A stretch of 64,000 nucleotides of DNA, from contig OX597827.1 in the NCBI GenBank assembly GCA_951406725.2, positions 33,790,001-33,854,000 of the forward strand, in the 5' to 3' direction. Numbering within the stretch: the stretch's first letter is position 1; each line of letters opens with the position of its first letter. A program made the translations under genes and the position numbers. Under the pieces are notes generated by a model. It was not told where the DNA came from, made no database searches, and saw only the letters and a program-made list of their open reading frames with translations. Source of the DNA: Octopus vulgaris. Its lineage: Eukaryota. Positions 38,502-50,219 of the stretch are shown here, one piece after another.

Positions 38502-38928
38502 ATGTGTGCACACACATATATACTTACATACTAAATACATTGTTTTGTTCACCTTTGAAATAAGTGGACTTACATGCAAACATACATATATATCTATACA
38601 TACACACACTAATGTATACACACATAATACAATTAATTTGTGAAAAAAGATTAAGTGAAAGAATTTGTTACATTTTGAAACACACTTATTTTTGAGATCC
38701 TTAATTTTCAACACGTCCCCTGTCATTGCACATAGAGACAATGAGGTGATTATGAAGTCCTAGAAACATGTTTTGTAGCTGATTTTAACTTATAACTTGA
38801 ATCATATTAGCTGCCATAGTTTGAAAGAAATCCTTAGAATGAAGTCTTCTTGAATAACCAGTCATCATTACATGACTCTCATAAAATTAAGCTGAAGTAA
38901 TTATGTTTAAAATAAAATCAACAAACAA

Positions 38929-39324
38929 TTAGGCATAGGAGTGGCTGTGTGGTAAGTAGCTTGCTAACGAACCACATGGTTCTGGGTTCAGTCCCACTGC
39001 GTGGCACCTTGGGCAAGTGTCTTCTATAGCTTCGGGCTGACCAAAGCCTTGTGAGTGGATTTGGTTATTGGAAACTGAAAGAAGCCCGTCGTATAGATGT
39101 ATATATATATATGTGTGTATGCATGTATGTATGTGTTTGTCTCCCCAACATCACCTGACAACCGATGCTGGTGTGTTTACGTCCCCGTAACTTAGCGGTT
39201 CGGCAAAAGAGACTGATAGAATAAGTACTAGGCTTACAAAGAATAAGTCCTGGGGTTGACCTGCTCGACTAAAGGCGGTGCTCCAGCATGGCCACAGTCA
39301 AATGACTGAAACAAGTAAAAGAGT
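38929..39324 (+). mobile_element. SINE family A, full-length, young-looking
   Basis: A box 'tggctgtgtgg', B box 'ggttcagtccc', tail 'gactgaaacaagtaaaagagt'. Confidence 0.93.
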
Positions 39325-39333
39325 AATTATTGT

Positions 39334-39680
39334 ATCTTTTTACTTTTACTTGTTTCAATCATTCGATAGCGACTATGCTGGTGCATCACCTTTAAGAGTT
39401 TAGTTAAAGAAATCAACCTCAGTACTTATTTTTTAAAGCCGGGTACTTATTTCATTGGTCACTTTTGTTGGTCTGCTAGATTACAGGGACGTAAACAAAC
39501 TAACATCAATCAAGCAGTGAGAATGGGTGACACACACACACACACACAGGCATGATGAGTTTACAGGCAAGTTTCTAACTGCCAAAAATCACTCACAAAG
39601 CATTGGTTGGTTCATGTCAACTTAAAAAGCTAACATGGTTACTAAGTTAGCTTTTTAACCACAGAGCCATTCATATGCCT
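39334..39680 (-). mobile_element. SINE family A, diverged, tail-to-tail with the previous copy
   Basis: Starts 'cttttacttgtttcaatcattcg'. Confidence 0.8.
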
Positions 39681-39754
39681 GTAATTAATTTTTTCAATGA
39701 CAATGCTAAAATAGATGCATCAAACTTTTAAATGTAGTTTACAAAATTACTTAC

Positions 39755-39882
39755 ATTCTGTAAGAGAATTACTGACTAGTAACTGGTACTGAAGAAAAGG
39801 TGTAACAGAAACAGCAAAGACTTCTATTGTAAGTTGCCTTTAACATATTTGTGAAGGGACTGAATAATGTTATAGAATCCAT
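39755..39882 (-). other. Candidate non-coding internal exon (zinc-finger gene 5' UTR)
   Basis: Minus-strand acceptor 'ttcttttgtattttcacag|' and donor 'gaat|gtaagt' bracket 128 nt of unique sequence. Confidence 0.45.
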
Positions 39883-40177
39883 CTGTGAAAATACAAAAGA
39901 AATGAGAATAGGATAACTCAGTTGAGCACCAGTTTGTTTGGTATCTCACCATTAAGTTCTCAATTTTCTACTAGTCTTTCTGTATCTTTATCTGTTCTGT
40001 TATTGACCCACCAATCTGTGAGTGAGAAGTAATCTTATTAGGGTTAGGAAATTCCTGGCTCTGTTTATGGTAATTTCTTAAGATTACTTTTATATTTCTA
40101 GCTTTACTCTGTTGTATAATACATATCTGTTCATCCATCTGTATGAAACATATTTCCTCTCTAAAGAAGTAGTATAT

Positions 40178-40392
40178 TGGTTTGAAATTTTGGCACAAGG
40201 CCAGTAATTTTGGGGGAGAGATAAGTTGATTCCATTGACCCCAATGTTCAACTGATAATTATTTTATCGACCCCAAAAGTATGAAAGGCAAAGTTAACTT
40301 AGGTGGAATTTGAACTCAGAATGTAAAGATAGATGAAATGCTGCTAAGCATTTTGCCCAGCATGCTAATAATTCTGCCAGCCCATCACCTTG
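40178..40392 (-). mobile_element. SINE family B
   Basis: 'tttatcgaccccaaaagtatgaaaggcaaagt...gaatttgaactcagaa...attctgccagcccatcacc'. Confidence 0.88.
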
Positions 40393-41468
40393 AGGAAGTT
40401 ATATATTGAGCAACCATAACACCTCTAAATAATATTGAAAGGATTTAATAGAAAGCACCATCAACTGGAGCTTCTTTTGATATCTTCATTCATTTATGTT
40501 AAGGTACAAGGAAATTTCCACTACACTGTTGCAGTTCATCTGGAAACTCGAAAACTAGGGCTGACATGATCTCCAATGAAATGAAATATTATTCATAATG
40601 CCAAACTATACTTTTATGGGAACTGGAACTGTTTCATTTAGAATTCTAGATTATGAAGTATTGTTACCATCTTGAAAAACTGTCAAAGTTCCAAGATGTC
40701 TGAACACTGCATCCCATAGAAACCAGTTCCAGTGGGAGCTTCAACCTCCTAATGGAAGGAAATGGAAAGGATGTATTTAGAAAATAGAGGAATTATTCAT
40801 AAAATTTGTATTAGAAAATAAAAATAGTAAGATATTCATCACAAACGCCTCCATTGCATAAAATTTTTAACATCTCTAAAGCTCCCCATTGTACGTTCAT
40901 CAGGAACCCATTGATGGAGGAAAAAAAGCAATTTTGGACATTTTGGGATTTTATTAAAATCAATGGTAAATTTGATCATGTCAAAAAAGAACATGTCAGT
41001 TATAATATTAAAGAAAAATGAACCTAGGAAGAATATAAGAATTATTTCCTTTATTTTAGAATGATGAATGTATTCAGTTGATGGGTTCTACTGTGGGATG
41101 AAACAACTGGGTGCAGCTGTTTGGATACATGAAGCAATAGACAAAAATAAAAGGCATGGTTGTGTGGTTTGCAACCTCATGGTTCTGGGTTCAATTCCAC
41201 TGCACAGCACTTTGGGCAAGTGTCTCCTACTATAGCCACAGGCTGACAAATATCAGGAGTGAACTTGGTAGATGGAAACTATGTGGAAGCCCTTTGTGTA
41301 TATATATCCAAAGTAATCAATTACTGTGTAGTGTCATACAATATACCCATGCAACAGAAAATCCAAGAAATCCAAACAATAAATTTTTCTGTATGGAGTA
41401 CATAAAGCATGACGTTGAGGTGTGAAAAGTAGAAACCGATTAATTTTTTTTTTATATGACTTCCATAA

Positions 41469-41625
41469 GATTACAACTGTTTTGTAACCTTTGGCATGTA
41501 GAATTATTAATTGTGGTGTGCAAAATTATATGTACATGTTTATATCAATATGTATGCTCAGCATTATACAATACAATCGTATATTCACAAATTGATGCAA
41601 ATAAAGAAAGCTAACTCATCAGGTC
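41469..41625 (-). ncRNA. Decayed hammerhead-like motif with about 130-nt stem II region
   Basis: Minus strand: gac-CTGATGA-gttagc...ggttac-AAAA(for GAAA)-cagttg-TA-atc. Confidence 0.4.
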
Positions 41626-42080
41626 ATCAGAAACATCATGGGTACATCTATGATTCAACATAAACACAAAGTTTACCTTTATATGTACAATGTATGGAAG
41701 GCCAGAATTGGACAACATTGAAATAATTTGGTCAGTAAAGGGAAACAAAGAGAAAAATAGATCTGCTAGTGGTATTATTCTTTATAGAAGAATTTCATCT
41801 ATGAACGCACCCAAATCAATTAAGTCAAAGTATTTGAAAGTTATTAAAAGAATTTACAATTCTTAATTAAAGCAAAATAACTAAAAGTAAACTAAAATAA
41901 GCCAAATATTTTTGCAGAAAAATTTTGTTTGGATTTTCTAGATTTTTAGTTCTATAGACACGTTGCATTACACTACTTGGTCATTGATTACTATGTAAAC
42001 CCCAATTCTGAATGGGGAGCTTACTGTGAATTCTGCTTGATCCTCTGAATCCAACTTTTCCTCTCCTCTGATATATATAT

Positions 42081-42545
42081 ACTCTTTTACTTGTTTCAGT
42101 CATTTGACTGTAGCCATGCTGGAGCACTGCCTTTAGTCAAGCAAATCAACCCCAGGACTTATTCTTTGTAAGCCTAGTACTTATTCTATCGGTCTCTTTT
42201 GCTGAACTGCTAAGTTACAGGGACGTAAACACACCAGCATCGGTTGTCAAGCGATGTTGGGGGGGGGGGGAGAAACACAGACACACATATATAGAGAGAG
42301 ACATATATATGCGTGTGTGTCTTTGTATTTGCCCCCTCTTTCTACTATTTGACAACTGGTGTTGGTTTGTTTACATCTCCAAGCAGTTCAGTAAGAATTC
42401 AATAGAATAAGTATCAGACTCAAAAAGACAAAATGAAAACAAAAAAGAAGGAACTGATGTAGATTTGTTCAATGAGATCCCCTCAAGGTCGTGCTGCAGT
42501 ATGGCCACAGTCCAATGACTGACATGAGTAAAAGACAGTAAAAGA
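42081..42545. mobile_element. Two headless SINE A 3' halves joined in inverted orientation at the microsatellite
   Basis: 42081-42290(-) and 42310-42545(+). Confidence 0.75.
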
Positions 42546-43185
42546 TAAAAAAAAAAACCCTGCTTATTGATTTTGTCTGTAGCTAAAGTGTGACTAGACT
42601 GGACTGGACCTTTAAATGAAAAGCACAAACCATCTGATGGGTTTCACACAGTTCTGTTGACCCAGTTTCACTCGTAAAGATTGGTTAACCTGAGACTATA
42701 ACAAAAAAATACTTACCTAAGATGTCACACAGTGGGATTGAACTCAAGAACTAGTGATTGTAAAGTGAATTTCTTGACAGAGTGGTCATGCTGCCAACGA
42801 CTGGAGCAAGTGACTAAGCACCTGATCTTGTTAGTAAACAACTATCTCACTTTTACTCTCAGGGCCAGCAAACCTCTAATTACATAAAACAAGAAAAGAC
42901 CAATTCTATACGAGTACAGGCATATTCAAATAGATTTATGCAAATCCTATACATGTCTCCTCATTTCTCACAGGTGTTAAATTTACAGAAATAAAAAAGT
43001 GTTAAATCAATCAATAATAAATGTATGATAGAACACATGGGAAAAATAGGCTTTGTTCCAAGACCCCAAAGTTACCCTGAGCATTGTGGATGATGACTTT
43101 TGCACTATTCTTAAGCAGAAACTTTGATTGTTGAGCTATGTTATCAAATTCGTGATAAGCATAACATATTACAGTTGAATAAACA

Positions 43186-44021
43186 TAGGCACAGGTGTGA
43201 TTGTGTGGTAAGAAGCTTGCTTCCCAACAACATGGTTCTGGGTTCAGTCCTACTATGTGGCACCTTGGACACATGTTTTCTACAATAACCTTGGAGTGAC
43301 CAAAGACTTGTGAGCGGATCTGGTCGATGGAAACTAAAAGAAATTTGCCCATCTATCCATCCCTCCCTCCCTCCCTCTCCCTCCATCCATTAAAAAAATA
43401 AGTCCTGGGATCGATTTGTTCAACTAAAACCTTTCAAGGCAGTATCCCAGTATGTCTCCAATCAAATGACTGAAATAAGTAAGAAAATAAAAGAGGTATA
43501 CTGTTTTATCTTGGACAAGTGACAAATGAAGATAGATGTGTAATGAACCTAAAACAATTCTATTTTCTGTTTCTATCAATTTCTATTCATACTTTTTGAC
43601 AGATCACTGGTTTATCCTTTGTTTTATCATTTACTTGTTTGACGAGGCTGTGGCCATGCTTGAAGGATTTAGTCAAACAAATCAGCTTTAATACTTTTGT
43701 GTCTAGTTTTAGTTTGTTACTTACTGTATCGGTCTCTTTTGTTGTACTGCTTAGTTATGAGAACATAAACAAACCACTTGTTTTGGAGAGAGACAAATAC
43801 AAAAACACACACACATATATATAGTTACACACATACACACCACACACACACACATACACACAATTGGCTTCTTTCAGTTTCTGTCAACCAAATCCACTCA
43901 CAAGGCTTTGGTTGGCCTGAGGCTATAGTAAGACATTTGCCCAAGGTGTCACTCAGTGGGACTGAATATGGAACCATGTGTTTGGGAAGCAAGCTTCTTA
44001 CCACACAGTAAGGCCTGCACC
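43186..44021. mobile_element. Tail-to-tail SINE A pair (43186-43495 +; 43620-44021 -)
   Basis: Heads at both outer ends. Confidence 0.85.

Positions 44022-44026
<5 letters not shown>

Positions 44027-44089
<63 letters not shown>
44027..44089. repeat. (AAT)n microsatellite
   Basis: Directly visible. Confidence 0.98.
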
Positions 44090-44263
44090 GTGACAACAAA
44101 AGAATGAGACCTCGGTATAGATAAGTAGAGGATTATTTATATATTATTATTTAGAACAAATGTCGGAGCGAAAAGCTACGATGCATTCTCATTGGCTGTT
44201 ATATATATATTGTCAGTAAGTCATAAATCCAAAAATTCAAAAGAGAAGCACACTCTAAGTAAT

Positions 44264-44385
44264 AGAGATAAAGATAGTTATAGCTGGTTCATAGGGTTAC
44301 CCAGGGTTTTGTGCCCATAAAACACTTAGGTTTATGGATGTGAAACCCTGAGTAACCCTATGAACTGGTCATAACTATCTATCTA
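44264..44385. repeat. Hairpin/palindrome of about 120 bp
   Basis: 'gatagttatagctggttcatagggttacccagggttt..ccataaa' versus 'tttatgg..aaaccctgagtaaccctatgaactggtcataactatc'. Confidence 0.8.
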
Positions 44386-44477
44386 TCTATCTATACATAC
44401 ATACATATAGTCACCATGCTTGACTGCTAAATCCACAAGTTTTTTATATTCTCTCTCTGTTTATTTTTATCGTATTC

Positions 44478-44513
44478 CTTTCTATTGAAGAGCGTAGGCT
44501 TGAAAGGTAAAAG
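44478..44513 (+). ncRNA. Minimal hammerhead-like motif in a PLE terminal repeat (44410-44580), mutated
   Basis: cttt-CTATTGA-a-gagc-gtag-gctt-GAAA-g-GTA-aaag; homologous to the minus-strand motif at 22666-22704. Confidence 0.55.
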
Positions 44514-46019
44514 ACTTTTTCAATTTCCCGAGCCTAATACACCTACTTGTTGTTGTCTTTTGTTTTTCTATAAATTTCAACTATATATATATATAAAAAG
44601 AGAGTTTGTACGTATGTGTGTGTGTGTGTGTGTGTGCAAATGTTCCTTATGCATTCCAAAACTGAATTGCCGATTTTGATGTATAGGGTATCAAACGATT
44701 CAGCAATCTTTCAGCTACCTACTAAACTTTATTTTCATTTACATATTCAGATTACAAAAATTTAACATCATAATTTTTCCTTTAATCACCTATTGTAAAT
44801 GACATTTTATACCACCACCAGAACAACGACAACATCACATATGAGTGTGTTCATGCATTCGTTACATATGTTAGGCCGATGACTGAGAAGTATATGTATC
44901 TGTCAGTATACATACATTTTTGTGATGACTGACATACACATACACATCTAAAGACAGAGACAGACATATGCAGGGGCAGAGATAGGCCTTAGGTGTGTGT
45001 GAATGCATGTCTATGTGTGTTTGTCTGTATGTGACTATATTGCCCAACAGTGAAACGCGCTGATTTTGAAAGAGTTTAGTTTAGTTGTGGCCTGGACGTT
45101 GAATGAACAACATTCCCTTTGAAGTATCACCAACATGAAGATTTGGCTGATTTGACAATACTTACAATACGCACAAATATATCTGAAAAAAAAAATGTTA
45201 TTCTGGTTATTATAACAAATTTAGAAACTTGGCGAAGTAGAAAGCCTTAGCGGCTCTTTCGTTATAATTACAGAAATGTTATTCCACTCCTTATAACCAG
45301 TTTGAAGATAACCCTTTTAAACAGTCTAAGCATTCTCACCGTATTCCTGCTATGTTGTTTCATCACTGAGTATTCAATGCTGCACCACCATTTTACTGAA
45401 TTAGTCAGTATTTATTCTACAGCGTTTAACCTCACACAGCTAAAATATATAGTAATGTCAAACTAATTTATGCCCTTCACTAAATGTTTTAAATTAATTA
45501 ACGTTCATAACAGCAACATATTCCTTTGAATACACTTTGTTCAGCATTCATTTCAAAATTGTAAAATAATAAATTATTTTTGTACGAAAAATTGAATTAA
45601 GCCTTCTGAATTTTCTTGGAGTTTCACTTTCTTCACCATGAAATTTATTCAGTTGTGAATTTTATAACATTTAGTACATGTTCCAAATAAATTTTGACAC
45701 TCTGTACTTTGTTACATTGGTGACACATAGTAACTTTTGCTAAATTGGTCACTTTCCAACACTGGAATATTTCTTTTGGAAATATTCCCTAAAAGAATTG
45801 TTTTATAGCATAACTATGCCACAAAAAGTATGTTTTGCACCTATATTGACTACATTTCATTTCGCTTGAACTTTGTGTGTGTATGTTTTGCTGTTTTCAA
45901 TATTATCAATTTTATGAGTGTATGTGTGTCTGTGAGTGTGTGTGTTTCTGCATTTGTTATGTCTATAGTAAAGAACATTTAACACTGTTTTTATGAACCC
46001 ACATCTAACGAAGTAGCCA

Positions 46020-46290
46020 TCCTTATGGTAGGTGATCCCTGTGAAAATCATGATATTCTCATTCGTGCTCAAGATAACAACCATAAACATGTTTCACAGA
46101 CACATCCCTCTTATGGTGCTCTCCAGTATCCTCTTATTCAGTGGAAAGGACAAGATGGGTACCATTTCAATATTCCACAAATTGCACCTGCAACAGGAGA
46201 GCCAATTACAAACAAAAAGTTGTCATCAAATAACTTCTATTCTAACCAACTGATGTTAAAACCAGAACAAATCAATTACACATGTCAACT
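46020..46290 (+). mobile_element. Helitron Rep-helicase fragment
   Basis: HVSQTHPSYGALQYPLIQWKGQDGYH matches the Helitron motif ISE.H.SYD.LQYPL.F..GEDG(W/Y)H; followed by KKLSSNNFY. Confidence 0.8.
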
Positions 46291-47049
46291 AAACTTTATT
46301 TTCAATTACATATTTATTACATTATTTTAACCAGCTTTAGTTATTTGAACACTGCTCTACAATGACCAGGTTTCATTAGAAAGTGAAAATAGTTACACAC
46401 TTTCAATTTGAACCAAAATTATAACGTGTGCATTATGTGAGTGACAATGTGTGAATAATGAAAGTAATGTTTCTCTGAATTAGTCACACCAAATAAACTA
46501 TGTTTTTGGCACAACAACTCTTTTTTTTACTACTAAAATAACCTCAGAAACAAGGTCAGGTGGCACAATTTTGAGGTTATTTTGGAGCAATATTTTGATT
46601 TGCTTCTGTTTCACTTTCATCCAATGTTCCACGTATGCATAGAATTCTACTCAGACAAAAATTAATGAAAATATACACATAAATATTGTATTAAAATAAG
46701 CTGCAACCCAAAAAATTCCATTAAGACATCCATTTCTTTATATGTTATGAGGAAGTACAGTCACTCACTCTCGTTCTCTCATGCACACACACAAAAAAGA
46801 TGTATGCATATGTATAAGAAAATGTGTATGTGAGTGAGAGAGAGCGAGTGAGTGCCACTTACATACATGCACAAAAATTCATACATCACACACCTTTATT
46901 CCATCACTCTCTCTTTTTCTCTCTCTCTCACACACACACACACATCCGTATATCTTTCACTTTCTGCTCTCACTTCCAAGCAAATGCTGCCTTTTCACTT
47001 TCTCTTCTCTTTCAATTTCTGCTCCCTTCAAAACATAGAGAAATTAACA

Positions 47050-47352
47050 GTTGTTTATGGAAATTATTTACATTTGAAGGATATTTGTCCTCATCATGTT
47101 TGTTGTTAACACAATGTTTCGGCTGATATACCCTCCAGCCTTCGTCAGATGTCTTGGGGTAATTTCAAACCTGGGTTCTCATTCCTAAGGCATTTTTCAA
47201 TGTTATTATTATTATTATTATTCAGGTCACTGCCTGGAATTGAACTTGGAATCTTGGGGTTAATAGCCCGCACTCTTAACCACTACGCCATACCCCGATT
47301 AAAAGCGCGGGCTATCAACTCCAAGATTCCAAGTTCGATTCCAGGCAGTGGT

Positions 47353-47387
<35 letters not shown>

Positions 47388-47525
47388 GAAGAAGAACATC
47401 GAAAAACACCTTAGGAATAAGAACTCAAGTTTGAAATTTCCCCAAGACACCTGAAACAGCCGAAACATTGTGTTAACAACAAACACGATGAGGACAGAAC
47501 TGTGTTTAGGGAAATTAATGAACAA
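47050..47525. mobile_element. Head-to-head inverted pair of an element made of tRNA-like head + (AAT)n + HHR-bearing PLE-type tail
   Basis: Arms are reverse complements; minus-strand head 47296-47225 has A box TGGCGTAGTGG and B box AGTTCAATTCC; HHR at 47152-47109. Confidence 0.8.
47109..47152 (-). ncRNA. Minimal hammerhead ribozyme motif
   Basis: Minus strand: acat-CTGACGA-a-ggctg-gagggtatat-cagcc-GAAAC-ATT-gtgt (GTT expected; consistent with CpG decay). Confidence 0.7.
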
Positions 47526-48999
47526 TCATATGATTCCATATGATTGAGTTGACAAATTTGCTTCTTCAATTGAAAGAATGCCTTAAATAACACACACACT
47601 CTTGGTAAAACTTCTGTATGAATTATGTTATTTCTTGCAGTGAGCATGCGCAAATTTACAGCTCAAATACAATTGAAATAACCTTTTCCTATTCTGTAAT
47701 TTGTGTTTGTGATGAGCGTATTTAAAAACCTGATCTTCGCTATAAACTTAAAAGGAAGTTGTCCCAGAAATCCTGTCCTTTACCTCTTCTTTCTAGCATG
47801 TTCGAGGCGACATTTATGCTCCCTGCTTATTTCTTTCTTAAATTTTTTTTGATTCCTATGTTTGCAATAATACGAGATTAGGATTTCACCCACAAAACAT
47901 GTTCTCAATATTTTAATTTTCTCCCTCTCCACACCAAATTCATTTTTTACTTTCTTCAAATTTTGTCTTGGTAATCCATGGAGAAAAAAGCAGAGAGTAT
48001 GAATCTTTAAGAATTTTACCCATCACCTCACAACTTTCAAAAAGCTTACAAACTCCCAATGTTTCACTTTTAGCATTTTGGAAAGTCTGAAAGTTTCTTC
48101 AGAAATAATGTTGTATACTTGTTGTTTCTAGCATGTCAGGTTTTCTGGTGGTGGTCTGGTGTTTTTTACGTCTGCTATTTCAGTAGAATTCTATGCATGC
48201 GTGAAACATCAGACAAAAGTGAAAGATTGGGAGATTTTAGCTTTTTGAAAGCGGGAAGGTGATAGATGGGCAAGGTGGGGGAAGGGGCATTGAGTGTTTC
48301 TTTAAGAAAAATGTAAAAAAAAAATTTCCCAGACTCATAATATACGCACACACAAGGGACTTCCATAAGTGTCTAATTAATAAATTCACCCACAAGGCAT
48401 TGGCTGGCTCAAGGCTATTGTAGAAGACACATGGCCAAGGTGCTGCATAGTAGGACTGAACCTGAAACCATATGGTTACAAAGTGAGCCATGCTGGATGA
48501 TGGTGTAAACTGTCACTCATTTCCTTGGTTACCCGACACTTTGTAAACTTCACTGAATTTTCAAAAATAAGCAAGTAAATAAATATATTGGTGCAGGTGT
48601 GACTCTGTGGCAAGAAGTTTGCTGACTGAACCAGAAACCATATGGTTGGGAAGCAAGCTTTTTACTACACAGCTACGTCTGTGCTTAGTATGCTTTTGCT
48701 AATTGTTTTTAGTACCTATGTAATAACCAAAAGGAGAGAGGGTTGCACAAGCTCTTGGCAGGTCCAGTTGAGTAGACTAGAGCAATGAGAAATGAAGTGC
48801 CTTGCTTAAGGACAAAATAAACTGCTCAGTCCAGAAATCAAACTCACAACTTTATGATTGTGAACCCAACACCCTAACCACTAGGCCAGTTAACAATCCT
48901 TCAAAGTTCAAGCTAAGTGCTAATGGCATAGATTTCCCTTGTCTGGAAAGGTGTATAAAAGTCATAGATGCTGTTTCTGATCTGATGACTTCCTTCTTT

Positions 49000-49870
49000 G
49001 TAGTCTCTTACATAACAATAGCCTCATTCTTGTAGCAGTCCTCTACTAACTCTTGTTACTTGGTTTTCTTGCTCTCTTGAAGCTCCTCTATCCTTTCCTC
49101 CAAGGACACTGTTAAATCCAGAAAGACTAATTTCATTGTTACCTAGGAAACCAAGATGATATATGATCTCAGGAAGGTCTTTGTGATGTGTGATGGAAAC
49201 TTTAGCTATTTCTCCAGATCAGTTCCATCACTCAGTCCCATGTTATGGAAAGTGATCAAGTGAGATGTTCTCGAGTATTTTCATTGGCTGCTCTCCATCT
49301 TTGATAAAAGCTATACTTCTGGCTGTAGTGCTACCGTTTTTTGCTGTTGCTAGTCTCCTTGCTGATTGCATCAGGGATGCTCTTGGGGATCTGATAACAT
49401 CTCCAGTGAGAGTATCCTTAACTAAGTACCTTGGAGCAGTTGTATAAGATGTGCTCAATGCTCCTTGTCTTAGAAAACATGGGCCATGCAAGGGTTTCCA
49501 CTGAGCTCTCTGTATGTGGTTTAGATGGACTTAGGAGGACATAATAGACTCTGGATCAAGAAATTGGTTCTCTGTGGGTTCCTGTTTCAAATATCCTTCA
49601 ACAGGTAACATTCCATTCCATTGCCTGCTCCACCATTTCTGCATTGCCACTGCTCTTATTGCTTGTGCTTTCCCTACTAATGCTTGCATCTCCTCCTGCA
49701 CTAGCTTCCACCTCTCCTTCCTGCTAGCTGCATCATACTGGATTGCAGTTGAGTTTCTGAATTCAGTCCAGCCCTGTGTCACTTTCCTAAGGAGGGCTTT
49801 GTGTTTCAGGTGTCCCACTGCCTGCTGGTCTACCTTGGCTGTTACCCACTAACTCCCTCTTCTCACAGCA
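49000..49870 (-). mobile_element. RLE-type (HERO/R2-like) non-LTR retrotransposon remnant
   Basis: Minus strand: IEHILYNCSKVLS*GYSHWRCYQ (CCHC/RHD region) and VFLDLTVSLEERIEELQESKKT (ELTVPWE...E..ERK..KY restriction-like endonuclease pattern). Confidence 0.8.
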
Positions 49871-50150
49871 ATCCATGTACAAAATCAGTAGAGCACCACC
49901 AGTTCCAGTGGTGTTACTCTATTGATTTTTGCCAATCATTACCCTTATCTCTGACTGAATAATGGTAGGATGTTTGCTGAAGAAAATTTGGCTGCTTCAT
50001 TCAGTGTGTTGAGTAACTAGAAGCTTCCATCTTCTGACAGCTTGTCACACATTGTATTACATTCTTGGTTAAGACTTTCAACTCTACCAGTTTTGCAAAA
50101 TAACTTCACATCATTCTTATCTAATTAAGAAATGAGTTGAAAGATAATAC

Positions 50151-50219
<69 letters not shown>

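Noticed and set aside
47225-47296. Functional tRNA gene
   Set aside because: A and B boxes are present but the acceptor stem does not pair well, and it is embedded in a repeat; treated as a SINE-type head
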